IMG/VR virus record: IMGVR_UViG_3300028886_000036
Span: 211,467-275,466 of that record
Origin: a virus
Taxonomy: Duplodnaviria > Caudoviricetes
Length of the DNA stretch: 64,000 bases
Reading direction: 5' to 3' (one strand)
In this document: positions 9,685 through 18,816 of the stretch, one piece after another
How positions within the stretch are numbered: position 1 is the first letter of the stretch
How the letters are laid out: each line of letters opens with the position of its first letter
Notes under the pieces: model-generated
What the model was told of the DNA's origin: nothing
The model's input: only the letters and a program-made list of their open reading frames with translations
Database searches by the model: none
Translations under genes and position numbers: made by a program

Positions 9685-9792
9685 GACCTATGATATTGTA
9701 ACTAAATATGGATGTTTTGATTATGAGTTTATTATCTTTATGATAGTACTCATAGTCGTATTATACTTTTTGTTTAAGATTGAGCTTAACAA

Positions 9793-10689
9793 ATGACTAG
9801 TAGACTTGATCCTAACTTTAAAGTGCAACTAGCTAATACATATGATCCAGAAAAGAACTATAAAGGAATTGATTATTGGTATGGATCATATAAATATGAC
9901 GGCATTAGGTGTATGTATTTAAATCGTACACCTAATGTTATCTATAGTAGAAAAGGACTGGTTTTTACTGGGTTTGATAGTATAGTTATTCAGTGCAATG
10001 AGCTAGCTAATAAATTGGGTATAGTTAATAAGGAAGATATTTTTATTGATGGAGAATTATATTCAGATGAACTAGACTTTAATGATATTCAAAGTATAGT
10101 AATGACTGAAGATAGCTCTTTAGTAGATAAGGATAAGATATATCTTAGAGTATTTGCATTAGGTCCTTTTAGAGATACCTATGAAATGGTTAGTATATTT
10201 AGTTCAAGTGTATTTGATGGATTAGATAAACTTAAACCAATTACATATTTCACTGTACATAATGATAAAGAGACTATTACTAATAAATGCAAAGAGTGTA
10301 TTCAAAATGGATATGAAGGGATTATGTTAAGAGATCCGGTAATTCCATATGATTGGAAACGCAGTAATAAACTTCTTAAATATAAAATGTTCAAAGACAG
10401 TCATGAACTAGATATGACTATAGTTGATATTCTACCAGGAAAGAATGGAACTAAGTACAGTGATACTATGGGTGCAGTATTGTGTATAGGTTATATAAAT
10501 GATGCTGAAGTTAGATGTAGAGTAGGATCCGGGTTTACAGATCAAGAAAGACATGACATGTGGGATCATCCAGAGAAGTATCTTAATAAAGAGATTGTAG
10601 TTAGATATCAGGATGTTACTTCTGACTCTAAAACCGGTAATATCTCTATTAGGTTTCCTATTAAGAAATGTTTTAAGTTAGATAGATAG
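9793..10689 (+). CDS. lig: ATP-dependent DNA ligase
   Basis: KYDGIR adenylation motif, IDGELY, YEGIMLR, LLKYK, OB-domain VGSGFTD and RFP. Confidence 0.95.
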   Translation: MTSRLDPNFKVQLANTYDPEKNYKGIDYWYGSYKYDGIRCMYLNRTPNVIYSRKGLVFTGFDSIVIQCNELANKLGIVNKEDIFIDGELYSDELDFNDIQSIVMTEDSSLVDKDKIYLRVFALGPFRDTYEMVSIFSSSVFDGLDKLKPITYFTVHNDKETITNKCKECIQNGYEGIMLRDPVIPYDWKRSNKLLKYKMFKDSHELDMTIVDILPGKNGTKYSDTMGAVLCIGYINDAEVRCRVGSGFTDQERHDMWDHPEKYLNKEIVVRYQDVTSDSKTGNISIRFPIKKCFKLDR

Positions 10690-10701
10690 GGGATAGATAT
10701 A

Positions 10702-11412
10702 ATGGCTCAAGTTAAATTTTCGTTTAATGCCAAACGTAATGAAGATGGTAGATGGTCTTATACTTATGATTATGATGCTAAAAAGATTTCATTTGATAAG
10801 ATGATCTGCACTGATTCTGAGATTATTTTTGAAGCAGTGTTAGATACAAATGATTCTGTATCAGAAGTAAATGATCCTTATTTGAATCCTTATTTGAATG
10901 AGTTATCTATATTGTTTAAAAATGGTTATAATGAAATCGGTGTTAAAGATATATTTAAGAGAATAAATCTCACCAGTATAGACTTTAGTAAAGCTGATGA
11001 TCGAGGTAATATTAATTTATACACTTTTAATAAACATACCACGCCAGTGTATATTAGATTTGGAGACCCTGATACACCTAATACTTATAGTGGAGACCCT
11101 GATACACCTAATACTTATAGTTATGAAGAAGTTAAAGAGCTTAAAGAAAAGTATTTAGATGATACTGGAGATTATATGCTTCCATCACGTTTGAATGGCG
11201 ATATTTATAAGTATCAATGTATTATAGCTGTAGACCTTATTAAAAGTAATGTTTTTAAAGAACATGATGTATATCTTTTATATGTTGTTACTAGGACTAT
11301 GTATGAGATGGTTAGTGGTCATGAACTTACTAGGCTTGGCATGGATGAAGGACAGCGATATATCAGTAACTTTTTAACTAAAGAAAGACTATCTAACTGC
11401 TTGGTTAAATGA
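10702..11412 (+). CDS. hypothetical protein
   Basis: 236-aa ORF containing a 30-bp tandem duplication. Confidence 0.7.
   Translation: MAQVKFSFNAKRNEDGRWSYTYDYDAKKISFDKMICTDSEIIFEAVLDTNDSVSEVNDPYLNPYLNELSILFKNGYNEIGVKDIFKRINLTSIDFSKADDRGNINLYTFNKHTTPVYIRFGDPDTPNTYSGDPDTPNTYSYEEVKELKEKYLDDTGDYMLPSRLNGDIYKYQCIIAVDLIKSNVFKEHDVYLLYVVTRTMYEMVSGHELTRLGMDEGQRYISNFLTKERLSNCLVK
11061..11120 (+). repeat. perfect 2 x 30-bp tandem repeat
   Basis: TGGAGACCCTGATACACCTAATACTTATAG twice (GDPDTPNTYS x2). Confidence 0.95.
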
Positions 11413-11699
11413 AAAAGAAAGTTGCAAAGAAACTAGCTGAAAAAGATTTTACTGACTTAACTAAATATCAAGTCAATATAAAGAAGATTGATGCTAAACC
11501 AATAGATGATCCTATTCCACATAAGCATCCTAGCACCCATAAAAAAATAGAAGTAATTTATAGATTAGCTAATGAGTATACTGAAGATACTTTGGAAGAT
11601 CTAATCAACACAATTAAACTAGATGGGATTGACATAATCACTGTTCATAGTGGTTATGTTAGAGATCCACTAGGCAAAAATAAAGAGACCCCCGGTTAA
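11409..11699 (+). CDS. hypothetical protein
   Basis: ATGA overlap with the previous gene. Confidence 0.6.
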   Translation: MKKKVAKKLAEKDFTDLTKYQVNIKKIDAKPIDDPIPHKHPSTHKKIEVIYRLANEYTEDTLEDLINTIKLDGIDIITVHSGYVRDPLGKNKETPG

Positions 11700-12220
11700 G
11701 AGGGTCTCTTTATTATATGCAGACGTAATTTAAGCAGATGCTTCCAGCAATAAAGGAACCTTTCGATCTCGAAAGGATGTATGTCGATACGATCCTCTTC
11801 TGGTACTTTTACTACCAACGCATAATAGTAATGGTATAGAGTTCTATATACACCTAGCTCTTTAAACTTTCTATAGATGAAATTCATAAAAAGCCTTAGC
11901 CAGATGAATTTTACTCCGTGTTTTACCATTTGTTCTACCGCGAATTTGTCTGCGTATATTTCAGCAAATCTTGATTGAGATTGGTTATGTTCCCAATAAC
12001 AGTAGATGTGCCCAATCTCGTGGTAGATGATGAACGGAAGTGCAAACAGCAAATTGCCGCTTCTGTAACTTCTAGAAATGGATATAATAAATCTATTTCC
12101 ATTCCCACGAATTCCGCAGAATGAATCCCATATACGCTTTCTTATTACGATAGATAATGGGATTTCAAAATCCTTTATTATGTTTCTTATTCTACGCCTT
12201 AATTGTTTAATAGTGATCAT
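11696..12220 (-). CDS. zincin-type metallopeptidase-like protein (cassette gene)
   Basis: HEIGH motif plus downstream EIYADKFA; GGAGGT SD before the ATG at 12220. Confidence 0.7.
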   Translation of the reverse strand: MITIKQLRRRIRNIIKDFEIPLSIVIRKRIWDSFCGIRGNGNRFIISISRSYRSGNLLFALPFIIYHEIGHIYCYWEHNQSQSRFAEIYADKFAVEQMVKHGVKFIWLRLFMNFIYRKFKELGVYRTLYHYYYALVVKVPEEDRIDIHPFEIERFLYCWKHLLKLRLHIIKRPS

Positions 12221-12362
12221 AACAAAGACCTCCAAAAACAAGTTGTACATCTCTCAAGAGATGCTGTTACATTCCCTTTATATATTTATAAATGGCTAAA
12301 GACTAGCCAATGAAAAAGGCTGCCCAGAGATTGCTCTCCGGGGCTTACGCCTTTCAATGATA

Positions 12363-12569
12363 TTAATCGATATAGACCGCATCGCTAGGCGACGATGCGG
12401 TGAATTCAGCATGGTGCGGCATGCACCACTCAGCTTTCCCTGAGGCCAGGATCTTTTCCCTGGCCTGCTCTTCTGTCGCCGCGTGCGTGCGATAAAACTC
12501 GCACTCATGCGGAGACGGTCCACCAAAGAAATACCACTCGTTAAACTGCGCAAAGATATTTTGTTCCAT
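12363..12569 (-). CDS. small hypothetical protein (cassette gene)
   Basis: GGAGGTG SD before the ATG at 12569 (MEQNIF...). Confidence 0.7.
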   Translation of the reverse strand: MEQNIFAQFNEWYFFGGPSPHECEFYRTHAATEEQAREKILASGKAEWCMPHHAEFTASSPSDAVYID

Positions 12570-12574
12570 GTTGC

Positions 12575-12662
12575 ACCTCCACCTGCCCAAGATAAGACAG
12601 TGGGTTAACTGGGTTAACCTCTGTCGAACTACTCGAAAGTAGTTTCTCTGAAAGCAGATTCA
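12575..12662 (-). ncRNA. conserved structured 5' leader RNA, copy 1
   Basis: Near-identical to 31137-31223, with a compensatory base-pair change. Confidence 0.7.
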
Positions 12663-12696
12663 TTCGCATTATATATATACAACTTAAAATTGATAG

Positions 12697-12725
12697 TTGA
12701 CAACTACTTCTTTTTGCTTTATAAT
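12697..12725 (+). promoter_or_regulatory. sigma-A/70-type promoter
   Basis: TTGACA-N17-TATAAT. Confidence 0.8.
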
Positions 12726-12760
12726 ACAGTCATATTAATAATCACAAGGAGGTTAATTAA

Positions 12761-14122
12761 TTGCCCTTAAGATGGTCTGAAGAAGAACATGACATTATTA
12801 GATTTATTAATTCTTATAACAACGAAGTAGTCAATAGCGGTTACAAAGAGATGAGATATACAGCGGATGATGTATATGAAATATGGAATAATTATCTATC
12901 AGATAACTACAGGGGGTTTGAATCTGTGAAACATAAAATGAGAGAGGTGGATTCATTTAGTTTGAATGACAGTATAATTAAATTTTTGAGTGGTAGTAAT
13001 TCACTTACTATTATGGATCTTATGGAGTATTATCATATATTTGATTTTATGGCTGAGAAATGCCTAGAATACTATGAACAAAAATTTATGAAAAGATTTT
13101 ATGATAGAAACACTGATGAAATCTTTACAAAAGAGCTTAAAGAGACTATTATAGAGAATCCTATTGTAGATCATAAGATTAAAATAGATACTGGTAATAC
13201 TCCAGTTTTGGTTAAACCAGAGCCTGATACTATTAAATCAGATGTTCCAGTTTCTAGTAAAAAAATTGAATCATTAGATATACCAGAAGCACCAGTTAAA
13301 AAGAAGGGTAAAAACTCATTAAAGAAGATTACTAAAAAGAGTAAGTATAAGACTTTAGCTGATGTAGAACAAGAATCAGTTGAAGATATTCCTGAAGAAC
13401 CATTTGCTGCTTTGAAAGAAATAGTTAATAGTTATAAGGTGCATATTAAAATTGGAATTATTGGAGATACTCATATTGGTAATATCTTTTGTGATGAGAA
13501 TACTCTTAACAGTTTTTATAAGAGATGTAATGATCTCGGTATCAAATACATCATTCACGCTGGTGATCTTGTAGATGGTCATAATATGTATAATGGCCAG
13601 GTTAAAGAGCAGAATCTTCACGGATTTGAAGAGCAAGTAAAGTATGTAATCTCTAATTATCCCAAATATGATGGACTTGTAACCTATGTAATTTCTGGTA
13701 ATCACGATATGTGTTATTTTAATAATACGACTTTACATCCTCTAGTTACTATTAGTAGATCTAGACCAGATATCATTTATGCTAGTGACTATTATGCTAA
13801 TATTGATATTGATGGTATTAAGATTACAATGATTCATACTGATGGTAACAGTGGATCTGAACCAATGACTAAACTAAAGAAGCTTATCAATAATAGAACT
13901 GAACCGTGTGATGTTATGGTGATGGGCCATTTACATCAGTCTATGGAATTGAGAGATTATTGTGGAGTAGCATATGCATGTGCTCCTGGGTCTTTCTTAA
14001 AGCCTAATTCATATACTATTAGAAGAGGATTCAACTGTACTCTTGGTGGATATATTCTTGATATTGAAAAGAATCTTTCCACTAATAAACTTATAGTTAC
14101 ATCTACTTGGATCAGTGAATAA
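12761..14122 (+). CDS. calcineurin-like metallophosphoesterase with N-terminal extension
   Basis: GDTH, AGDLVDG, GNHD, MIH and GHLH motifs. Confidence 0.9.
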   Translation: MPLRWSEEEHDIIRFINSYNNEVVNSGYKEMRYTADDVYEIWNNYLSDNYRGFESVKHKMREVDSFSLNDSIIKFLSGSNSLTIMDLMEYYHIFDFMAEKCLEYYEQKFMKRFYDRNTDEIFTKELKETIIENPIVDHKIKIDTGNTPVLVKPEPDTIKSDVPVSSKKIESLDIPEAPVKKKGKNSLKKITKKSKYKTLADVEQESVEDIPEEPFAALKEIVNSYKVHIKIGIIGDTHIGNIFCDENTLNSFYKRCNDLGIKYIIHAGDLVDGHNMYNGQVKEQNLHGFEEQVKYVISNYPKYDGLVTYVISGNHDMCYFNNTTLHPLVTISRSRPDIIYASDYYANIDIDGIKITMIHTDGNSGSEPMTKLKKLINNRTEPCDVMVMGHLHQSMELRDYCGVAYACAPGSFLKPNSYTIRRGFNCTLGGYILDIEKNLSTNKLIVTSTWISE

Positions 14123-14137
14123 TAAAAAGAAGGAGGG

Positions 14138-14533
14138 TTATGCCCTCCTCCCTCTTATGAATTCTACCCTAAACATGTGCCCATCACGCATGGTGAAATC
14201 TCCGCCAATCAGAACGCTATACTGTTTGCCACCATTAATCTCTAAGAATACTTCACAGAGATTAACGAAGAACCCTTCGATAGTAACTTTAACTCCGTTG
14301 GGAAGGACTTCTTCATGACGTTTTCCGCGTGGGATGCTAATCGGAAAGAGTTCCCCATCAAAATTGATAACGACACCACGCCCTTTTAAAAGAGATGAAG
14401 CCTCATTTTCAAGAAGAGGGAGGCGAAAATGTGAGGGTTTATAATTTCTCGGTGAATAGCTTCCCTCTCTGCCTCCAACAGTAGTGTAGCTACCATTACG
14501 GATGGAAATAATTACCTGCTGACCTATTGACAT
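14138..14533 (-). CDS. hypothetical protein (cassette gene)
   Basis: AAGGAGGT SD; promoter motif at 14574. Confidence 0.75.
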   Translation of the reverse strand: MSIGQQVIISIRNGSYTTVGGREGSYSPRNYKPSHFRLPLLENEASSLLKGRGVVINFDGELFPISIPRGKRHEEVLPNGVKVTIEGFFVNLCEVFLEINGGKQYSVLIGGDFTMRDGHMFRVEFIRGRRA

Positions 14534-14592
14534 CGTGTATTACCTCCTTAAGGTAGTTTTAGATATTCGTATTATATATATACAAGACAGGA

Positions 14593-15114
14593 GTGATTTT
14601 GTACTTGAGTAATGGAATTACTAAACTAATTTATTATACCTTTAATGATGTAGTTAAGTTAGTTAAAAGTGAATATGGCTTTGATGTGTCATATTTGAAA
14701 TGCAGTATTCTGAATAACAACAAAAGAGATTTTACTATTAGAGCTGGAGACACTATATTTATAAACTACAACTTAGGTATTATTCTTAAAAACAAATACG
14801 GTATTGAGTTTGATAACTATAAGAAGTTTTTTGTAATTGCAATTGCTAAAGAGATTGGTAAAGAAGTAATGGGTAAGTTCGTAGATGCTGAAACTAAAAA
14901 GCATTGGTTAGAAGTTATTGATAACTTTGATGAACTTGCTTTAGTTGGCCCAACTAACTATGAGAATGGTGAATTGGAACCATTAAGCGATTTCTTTGCA
15001 TTAAAGATCTATCAGATTATGTTGCCAAAACTTAATGAGTTTGTTAAGAAGTATAAGAAGGGAGTAGATAAAAATGTCGAAAAAGACAGAGAGCAGAGCG
15101 ATTCCGTGGAGTAA
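14593..15114 (+). CDS. degenerate metallopeptidase-like paralog
   Basis: Resembles 34937-35827 and 36682-37230, but HExxH is replaced by KEIGK. Confidence 0.55.
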   Translation: MILYLSNGITKLIYYTFNDVVKLVKSEYGFDVSYLKCSILNNNKRDFTIRAGDTIFINYNLGIILKNKYGIEFDNYKKFFVIAIAKEIGKEVMGKFVDAETKKHWLEVIDNFDELALVGPTNYENGELEPLSDFFALKIYQIMLPKLNEFVKKYKKGVDKNVEKDREQSDSVE

Positions 15115-15619
15115 TGAAGAGGTTATTCTTCTTAAGCTTAATTATGCTTGTAAAGGAGCTAAAACCTGGAGGGAGATCTCACAGAATATGCAGGAGTATA
15201 CAGGTATTATTAGAACTACTCCCTCATTAATTGTGAGAATTCAAAAGCTTAAGGATGATAACGAACCACTTACCATTAAAGATATTGTTAAGCTTTATAA
15301 TGATGTAGTGTTTGATGTGAATCATACCTATACAAAAAAGTTTACAGATTATGTAGTTGAGCATTTCTCAAATCAACTTTCTACTACTGAAAAAGAAATT
15401 GTTGAGACCCTTAACATCGAGCCAGAATCACAGATTGAAAAGAATAGGGTTGATTTCTTGGATGGATTTGATTATGAGATTGATGGTTTTGAAGAAGATA
15501 GATATGCTGATGAAGATGAATATCCAACAAAATGGAATCTTGGTTTGATTCTTGACTATCTTCTTTGTACAGCTGCTGCTATTGTTGTTCTCTATACATT
15601 GGTAACCTATATTGGCTAG
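15074..15619 (+). CDS. protein with Myb/HTH-like N-terminus and C-terminal TM helix
   Basis: WSNEEVILLK...TWREIS pattern; hydrophobic C-terminus. Confidence 0.55.
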   Translation: MSKKTESRAIPWSNEEVILLKLNYACKGAKTWREISQNMQEYTGIIRTTPSLIVRIQKLKDDNEPLTIKDIVKLYNDVVFDVNHTYTKKFTDYVVEHFSNQLSTTEKEIVETLNIEPESQIEKNRVDFLDGFDYEIDGFEEDRYADEDEYPTKWNLGLILDYLLCTAAAIVVLYTLVTYIG

Positions 15620-15923
15620 AAAGAAAAAAGAACCTGAACAAATACAGGAAGAAGTAATAGACCTTGATGAGCTAGTACAGGCTATAGATAATAGATTCAA
15701 TGCTATAGAATCTGTGCTAGCTCAGCAAAAAGAAAAAGAAAAGAAATGGGGTTTTGAAGTATTAGAGTGTAGAGATGATCTAGCTAATACTAAAGGGTTT
15801 CACTGGTTTCATCCACAAGCTACTGGTTTTGAAAGTGGAATCAGTAAAAATTATGTTAAATATTGTAAATATACAGGTAAAAATTATCCTAAAAGAAACG
15901 ACTCAGATTACTTTCAATGGTAG
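15612..15923 (+). CDS. hypothetical protein
   Basis: 103-aa ORF within the operon. Confidence 0.6.
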   Translation: MARKKKEPEQIQEEVIDLDELVQAIDNRFNAIESVLAQQKEKEKKWGFEVLECRDDLANTKGFHWFHPQATGFESGISKNYVKYCKYTGKNYPKRNDSDYFQW

Positions 15924-15951
15924 TTGACATAAAATTAAATAGTGTTATAAT
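15924..15951 (+). promoter_or_regulatory. sigma-A/70-type promoter
   Basis: TTGACA-N16-TATAAT with extended TG. Confidence 0.75.
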
Positions 15952-15960
15952 AGAAGGGAG

Positions 15961-17349
15961 GTGGTAGTGATGGCATTTATGAAAGATAGGTTGTATGTAG
16001 AAGAGCTTAGTGATTTTGATAAGAACAAGCTTACTATTTTCACAGAAGAAGATACTATTACTTGTTATGATAGTACTGAAGTAGACGGTAAAAAGTATTA
16101 CCGTATTCCACGTTATTTCAGTAATATAGAATACGATGATTTAACTACCGAAGGATTTGATATTGATATTGAAATGAATCCTGAATTTAAACCATTGAAC
16201 GAACAACAAGAAAATGCTATTGAAGCTATAGTAGATAATGTGCATGGACTAGTTTCTGCTAGGGTTGGTTTTGGTAAAACTTATGTAGCAGTTAATAGTA
16301 TTACCAGAATCAAAAAAAGAACACTTATTATTGTACATGTTTCTACTAAAGATGGCCTTATGGATCAGTGGAGAGATGCTATTATTAGATATACTAATCT
16401 TTCTATTGATGATATTGGTTATCTTACATCAAAAACAAAAACTATTGATAAACCCATTTATCTGACCACAGTACAAACACTGTTATCTAGAGTAAAAAGA
16501 AATGATCAAGAGTTTTTTGATATGATGTATAAAGGTAACTTTGGAGCAACCTATTTTGATGAGTGCCACATTACTGCTTCCTCTGCTGAATTTAGTGAAA
16601 GCACTAAAACTATTTTTTCTAGAAGAATATATGGCTTGAGTGCTACACTAATTAGAAGAGATAATCTAGCCCCATTACTTAACTGGAATATCGGAAATGT
16701 TATTTATGATGATGGTCAATGGTTTGTATTACCAATATATGCAGGTCTACTTGACATTCCAATTAAGATGGGTGGATATGGTAGATATCTGGAGTATGGT
16801 AGTGCTTCTGCATGGAGTGTTAAGTATGCAAAGTTCTTGTCCAAAAAAGAAGAGTATTTAAAAGCAGTAGCTACTATAGTAGATAAATGCATTGAACAGG
16901 GTAGAAACCCATTGATACTTTCATCTCAAATAGATATTCTAAACAAAATATATAGCTTATCAAAACATCAAGAAGATATTAGTATTGTTCATGGTAAAGT
17001 GGTTAATAAAGATTATACAAAGAAATGTATACTAGCTACTTTAGGTATGTTTAAAGTTGGAATGGATATTCCTAGACTGGATACTTTAATTTTTGCTACA
17101 CCACTCACTGCAAAGAATGGTCTTATACAAGCAATTGGTAGAGTTGCAAGAATCTTTAAACCAGTGCCTAATAAAAAAGTAATGCTTGTAGATATTGCAA
17201 ATTCGTTGTATAATAAGACTATGCAGATGAGAGAAGTTAGACAGAAATACTATAAAGAGATTAATGAGCATAGTAGTAAAGGTTGTGTACAAGTAAGACT
17301 TAATGAGCTTAATGATATTGATAAACTAATTAGATTTTGTAATAAGTAA
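15961..17349 (+). CDS. SF2 DExH helicase (UvsW/XPB-like)
   Basis: GFGKT Walker A, FDECH, LSAT, GMDIP and QAIGRVAR motifs. Confidence 0.9.
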   Translation: MVVMAFMKDRLYVEELSDFDKNKLTIFTEEDTITCYDSTEVDGKKYYRIPRYFSNIEYDDLTTEGFDIDIEMNPEFKPLNEQQENAIEAIVDNVHGLVSARVGFGKTYVAVNSITRIKKRTLIIVHVSTKDGLMDQWRDAIIRYTNLSIDDIGYLTSKTKTIDKPIYLTTVQTLLSRVKRNDQEFFDMMYKGNFGATYFDECHITASSAEFSESTKTIFSRRIYGLSATLIRRDNLAPLLNWNIGNVIYDDGQWFVLPIYAGLLDIPIKMGGYGRYLEYGSASAWSVKYAKFLSKKEEYLKAVATIVDKCIEQGRNPLILSSQIDILNKIYSLSKHQEDISIVHGKVVNKDYTKKCILATLGMFKVGMDIPRLDTLIFATPLTAKNGLIQAIGRVARIFKPVPNKKVMLVDIANSLYNKTMQMREVRQKYYKEINEHSSKGCVQVRLNELNDIDKLIRFCNK

Positions 17350-17372
17350 ACAAATTGTTTACATAATACTTC

Positions 17373-17450
17373 GGCCCTGTAGTTCAACTGGATGAACAAC
17401 TGACTTCTAATCAGTAGGTTATGGGTGTTCGAGCCACCTCAGGGTCGCCA
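17373..17450 (+). tRNA. tRNA-Arg(TCT)
   Basis: Acceptor GGCCCTG/CAGGGTC, anticodon arm ACTGA-CTTCTAA-TCAGT, T-arm GGGTG-TTCGAGC-CACCT, CCA. Confidence 0.9.
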
Positions 17451-17528
17451 TTAAATTAGCCTGTTTACAAAATGTAAACATAATAAAATAAAAAGAAGGA
17501 GCGGTGTTACTGCCCCTTCTTCTTTTTT

Positions 17529-18668
17529 TTAGGTTCTATGTTTCATTTTATACTTTGGGTACTGAACATAATCATAATCCCAGTATTGCATATCTTCACC
17601 AATAGATCTTAATTCTCTTAAGGAAAGTAAGTAACTCTTTAACTTTGTAGCTCTTTCTTTTTTAGCATTTGCCAGGCTCTGATATGCCGATACTATGGCT
17701 TCTTTTTTGTGCTTTAATTCTTCATCATAACGCGAAGACGAATACACCCTTTCTCTGGGATTCCAATATCCAATAAAGTAAGCCAATTCATCAAGACGTT
17801 TCCTAATTTCACAACGTCTTTCAGGATTATCTTTAGATGCGTCATTATATTTTGCCCAAGTTAAGCGTTTAAGTTCTCTATTTAACCTATCAGCTTCACT
17901 CTTTGCAATAGAGCATTTTAAGTGTAGTTCATCACTATCAAGCTCTTTAAGATCTTTTTCAGCTTTATAAATAGCGTTGAATGCATTCTTAAAAAGATCT
18001 CGCTGTCTCCAATCGCTGAGAGACCATCTAGCACTTGATGCTTTTCTAAAAATACTTAAAGTACTTTCGACTTCTTCTGAGTATCCTCCTGTTTTTTCAT
18101 ATAATTTGCTCAATCGCGTAAACCAGCCCCATGTGTCGGAATCTTTAGTATCATTAATCTTTTCTTCGGTAAGGAAATAATATTCCTTACTTTCATTATA
18201 TAGCTTTTCAGGGATATCACGATACCCTGAATAATCTATGGTGATATAAGATCCAGTGCTCCACCTCTCATCACCATAGTGGCCTTCTACTTCTTCCTCC
18301 CGGATGTCATTTACCCAAACGTTCTTTTTTGACTTCCTATAGTGACTGATATTTAATTCAAACTTTATATTTGGGATGAATACTCCAGCGTCAACTACTA
18401 CGTTGTTATCCGTATCGATAAATAAATTTTCCACAAATTTTACATGGAAAGTTTTCTCCAAAATTTTAAATACATAATTGAAATCATGAACGCTGTATTT
18501 CTTACAAGTTATCTTGCTCCACATATTGAGCATTTGCTCACGCGATCCTGAGATAGTTTTTACGATTTTGCCAAAATATTCTCTTCTAGTGTAAATTTCA
18601 AGAATAATTTCAGCATGCTTGTTTTTAACAACCGCTAAGCTTTTCTTACCTTTGAACGAATATGCCAT
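17529..18668 (-). CDS. hypothetical protein with coiled-coil C-half (cassette gene)
   Basis: 379-aa ORF; promoter motif at 18747; hairpin-rich leader. Confidence 0.8.
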   Translation of the reverse strand: MAYSFKGKKSLAVVKNKHAEIILEIYTRREYFGKIVKTISGSREQMLNMWSKITCKKYSVHDFNYVFKILEKTFHVKFVENLFIDTDNNVVVDAGVFIPNIKFELNISHYRKSKKNVWVNDIREEEVEGHYGDERWSTGSYITIDYSGYRDIPEKLYNESKEYYFLTEEKINDTKDSDTWGWFTRLSKLYEKTGGYSEEVESTLSIFRKASSARWSLSDWRQRDLFKNAFNAIYKAEKDLKELDSDELHLKCSIAKSEADRLNRELKRLTWAKYNDASKDNPERRCEIRKRLDELAYFIGYWNPRERVYSSSRYDEELKHKKEAIVSAYQSLANAKKERATKLKSYLLSLRELRSIGEDMQYWDYDYVQYPKYKMKHRT

Positions 18669-18758
18669 GATAACGCCTCTTTCTGCTGGTGTTTACCAGC
18701 AATGAAATATCTGGATTCTAACGAATCCAGTCATTGCAATTTCATTATATATTTATAA

Positions 18759-18787
18759 TTGACATCCTAATTAATCTATGCTATAAT
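18759..18787 (+). promoter_or_regulatory. sigma-A/70-type promoter of the polymerase N-gene
   Basis: TTGACA-N17-TATAAT with extended TG. Confidence 0.8.
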
Positions 18788-18816
18788 CATCTTAACCTTA
18801 AAGTAGGAGGAGAAAA

